Below are positions 48,123 through 50,385 of a stretch of DNA of 50,385 nt, in pieces (positions within the stretch are counted from its first letter, which is position 1; every line of letters begins with the position of its first letter). Origin of the DNA: Piscinibacter sp. GTDB lineage: Bacteria; Pseudomonadota; Gammaproteobacteria; Burkholderiales; Burkholderiaceae_C. A program made the translations under genes and the position numbers. The stretch is from assembly GCA_036401155.1 (NCBI GenBank), contig DASWVR010000096.1:1-50385 (forward strand), written 5' to 3'. The notes below the pieces were generated by a model that saw only the letters and a program-made list of their open reading frames with translations, did not search any database and had not been told where the DNA came from.

Positions 48123-48452
48123 ATGATTCCCGGAGCCAATCGCCGCATCCACCCGCGCAAGGTCCTGCGTGGTCCCGCCACCATCGTGCTGCCGGGCCAG
48201 CCGCCGCGCGACGGCAAGACCTGGGACCTGGGTCTCGACGGCATGTCGGTGATCTCGCCGCGGCCGATTCCGCCCGGCACCCGCTGCGAGGTGCGCTTCG
48301 ACCTGCCCGGCGTCGACCATCCGACCCACGTCACCGCGCCGGTCAAGGTGCTGTACTGCTCGTACTGCGGCGCCGACGGATTCAAGGTCGGCACGGCCTT
48401 CGGCAACCTCGACGGCGAGAGTCGCGAGGCGGTGAAAGGCTTCACCGAATAG
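48123..48452 (+). CDS. PilZ-domain protein
   Basis: RRIHPR (RxxxR) and DLGLDG; C-terminal FKVGTAF. Confidence 0.85.
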   Translation: MIPGANRRIHPRKVLRGPATIVLPGQPPRDGKTWDLGLDGMSVISPRPIPPGTRCEVRFDLPGVDHPTHVTAPVKVLYCSYCGADGFKVGTAFGNLDGESREAVKGFTE

Positions 48453-48652
48453 CAGCGCGCCGGCGCGCGCAGCGCGTGCCGCGCCGCGCGTTCTTGGCGA
48501 GCGGCATGCCCGCGCGGCTCGATGTTTTCCCTAGGCGGCGCGCGTCCGCGTGGTCATCAGCTTGGCGCGCAGAGTCAGTGTCTCTTCGGTTCGACGTGAT
48601 GAAGATGGCGGCCCGCTGTCAATCGTCCACCGATCACCAAGGAGGAGACACC

Positions 48653-49930
48653 TTGAAGATGTTCACCGCATTGCGCGCGCTGCTCGCCGCGCTGGCCCTG
48701 TCGCTGCTGAGCGGCGTCCAGCCCGCGCAGGCAGGCAACAACCACCCGGTCATCCTGGTCCACGGCTTCGCGGGCTTCGGCCCCACCGAGATGCTGGGCT
48801 ACAAGTACTGGGGTGGCCTCACCAACCTCGAGTCGAAGCTGCAGGCGCGTTATCCGGACCAGCTCGTGAAGACGGCGGTGGTCGGGCCGTTCAGCTCCAA
48901 CTGGGACCGCGCGGTCGAGCTGTTCTATCAGATCAAGGGCGGCTGCGTCGACTACGGCATGCTGCACGCCAATGCGCACGGCCATCTGCGCAAGCCCGAG
49001 GAGTACTGGCGCAACGGACGCACTTGCCATCCCGGCCTGTACCCGGCGTGGGACGCCGATCATCCGGTGCACTTCGTGACGCACAGCATGGGCGGCCAGA
49101 CCGCGCGCATGCTGGTGCAGCTGCTCGCCGGCAACGGCGCGCCCAGCAATCCGGGGCTCTTCCCCGTCGCCACCAGCGCCGCCTGGGCCAAGAGCGTGAC
49201 CACCATCTCAACGCCCAACGACGGCACCACGCTCGCCTACCGCGTGGTCGACTGGGTGCCGGTGGTGCAGCAGCTCGTGACCGGCATTGCCGGCCTCACC
49301 GGCGGCACGCTGGCCGCGAGCGTCTACGACTTCAAGATGGACCAGTGGCGCATCGGGCCGCGCCGCAGCACCGAGACGTTCGAGCAGTACGTGAACCGCG
49401 TGATGACCTGGCCGCTGTGGTCGAGCGGCATCAAGGACCTGTCGCCCTACGACCTGAGCCCGGCCGGCGCGATGGTCGAGAACGACTGGGTGCACGACCA
49501 TCCGAACGTCACCTACTTCTCGGTCAGCACCGACTCGAGCTATCGGGGGCCGCTCACCGGATGGTCGTACCCCAACCTGGACACGAACCCGCTGATCTTC
49601 CTGTTCGTCGGGCCGGGCTGGATGGGCAACTTCGTGCCCGACGGCCGGCCCTTCGCGCCGGTCAACCACGCGAACTGGTACCCGAACGACGGCGTCGTCA
49701 ACACCGTCTCGCACAAGGCGCCGACCTGGGCCATGAACGCCGCCGGCAGCATCTACCCGCGCCCGGTCGTGATCAAGGACATCAGCCGCGGCGGCACGCC
49801 GCAGGCCGGCGCGTGGAACTGGAAAGGCCTGATGGACGGCTACGACCACTTCGACATCATCGGCTGGACGCTGTTCTTCGACAGCGTGGGCTGGTACAAG
49901 GCGCACATCGATCAGCTGCGCTCGTTGTAG
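48653..49930 (+). CDS. Secreted lipase, family I.5/I.6-like
   Basis: Signal peptide; PVILVHGF; SSNWDRAVEL..QIKGG.VDYG; THSMG; NDGVVNT; DHFDIIG. Confidence 0.9.
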   Translation: MKMFTALRALLAALALSLLSGVQPAQAGNNHPVILVHGFAGFGPTEMLGYKYWGGLTNLESKLQARYPDQLVKTAVVGPFSSNWDRAVELFYQIKGGCVDYGMLHANAHGHLRKPEEYWRNGRTCHPGLYPAWDADHPVHFVTHSMGGQTARMLVQLLAGNGAPSNPGLFPVATSAAWAKSVTTISTPNDGTTLAYRVVDWVPVVQQLVTGIAGLTGGTLAASVYDFKMDQWRIGPRRSTETFEQYVNRVMTWPLWSSGIKDLSPYDLSPAGAMVENDWVHDHPNVTYFSVSTDSSYRGPLTGWSYPNLDTNPLIFLFVGPGWMGNFVPDGRPFAPVNHANWYPNDGVVNTVSHKAPTWAMNAAGSIYPRPVVIKDISRGGTPQAGAWNWKGLMDGYDHFDIIGWTLFFDSVGWYKAHIDQLRSL

Positions 49931-49963
49931 GTGCCGAGACGAGGGCTGGCGGCATGCCACGAC

Positions 49964-50040
49964 GGATCCCGGCTTTCGCCGGGATGACGGGCTCCATCGC
50001 TTTGCCCTTGGCACCTCATCCCGGCGAAGGCCGGGATCCA
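49964..50040. repeat. REP-like palindromic doublet
   Basis: GGATCCCGGCTTTCGCCGGGATGAC (49964-49988) and TCATCCCGGCGAAGGCCGGGATCCA (50016-50040). Confidence 0.85.
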
Positions 50041-50050
50041 GCGCGCGGCG

Positions 50051-50385
50051 TCAGAAGCCGATCGTGTAGCGATAGCCCTTGTACTTCAGCACCGCGGCCT
50101 TGAGCTTGATCTGCTCGAGCGTGAGGTTCGGCGTGACCTTGTCGTTCTCGTGAAAGATCTGGCCGTTGATGATCAGGAAGCGGCTGGCGGCGTTGTCGGA
50201 GTAGATCGATCCGCCCACGTTCAGCGTCGGAAGCTCGCGCCGCACGTCCGGGGGCAGCTCGTTGAGTGCATAGATGCGCTCCTCGGCGGCCGATGCGCCG
50301 ACGGCGGGGGGCGCCGCGGCAGTGGCCGTGGGCAAGGTCGGCTCGGGCCGGCGCGCCGGGGCCGCGGTCTCGCGCGGTGCGGGCG
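50051..50385 (-). CDS. gspB: General secretion pathway protein B-like, C-terminal part (truncated by window)
   Basis: ELP..VRRELP.L.VGGSIYS...SRFLIING..FHE.D...L.LEQI...AVL.YKG. Confidence 0.8.
   Translation of the reverse strand, partial: PAPRETAAPARRPEPTLPTATAAAPPAVGASAAEERIYALNELPPDVRRELPTLNVGGSIYSDNAASRFLIINGQIFHENDKVTPNLTLEQIKLKAAVLKYKGYRYTIGF

Overview
Very GC-rich DNA, most likely a betaproteobacterial chromosome (Burkholderiales; inferred from gene content). The window starts in the 3' end of fumC and ends in the 3' part of a gspB-like gene. About 41 kb (roughly 477-41580) looks like one coherent sigma54-driven general-stress island. It carries an rpoN paralog outside the usual lptB-rpoN-hpf-ptsN context, an NtrC-type enhancer-binding regulator (a second lies just outside at 43937), four histidine kinases and two stand-alone receivers. 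Cargo includes CsbD, GlsB/YeaQ, DUF883, PA2169-family, DUF4142, three hemerythrin-like proteins, HPF/RaiA, topoisomerase IB, YihY, AsmA, cardiolipin synthase, GT4/GT9 glycosyltransferases and many small hydrophilic proteins. By eye I found 28 intergenic GG-N10-GC (-24/-12) motifs, each oriented toward an adjacent transcription unit. These include one upstream of rpoN itself and one in front of an ORF-less ~180-nt candidate sRNA with an anti-Shine-Dalgarno motif. Only 2 of the 28 have the canonical T before GG. Right of the island lie a DUF6502-DUF5666 pair with a palindromic operator, a yybP-ykoY Mn riboswitch-GDT1 unit, GGDEF, dodecin, PilZ and a Geobacillus/Staphylococcus-type lipase. REP-like palindromes occur near both window ends. 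All family calls come from motif recognition, not database searches.
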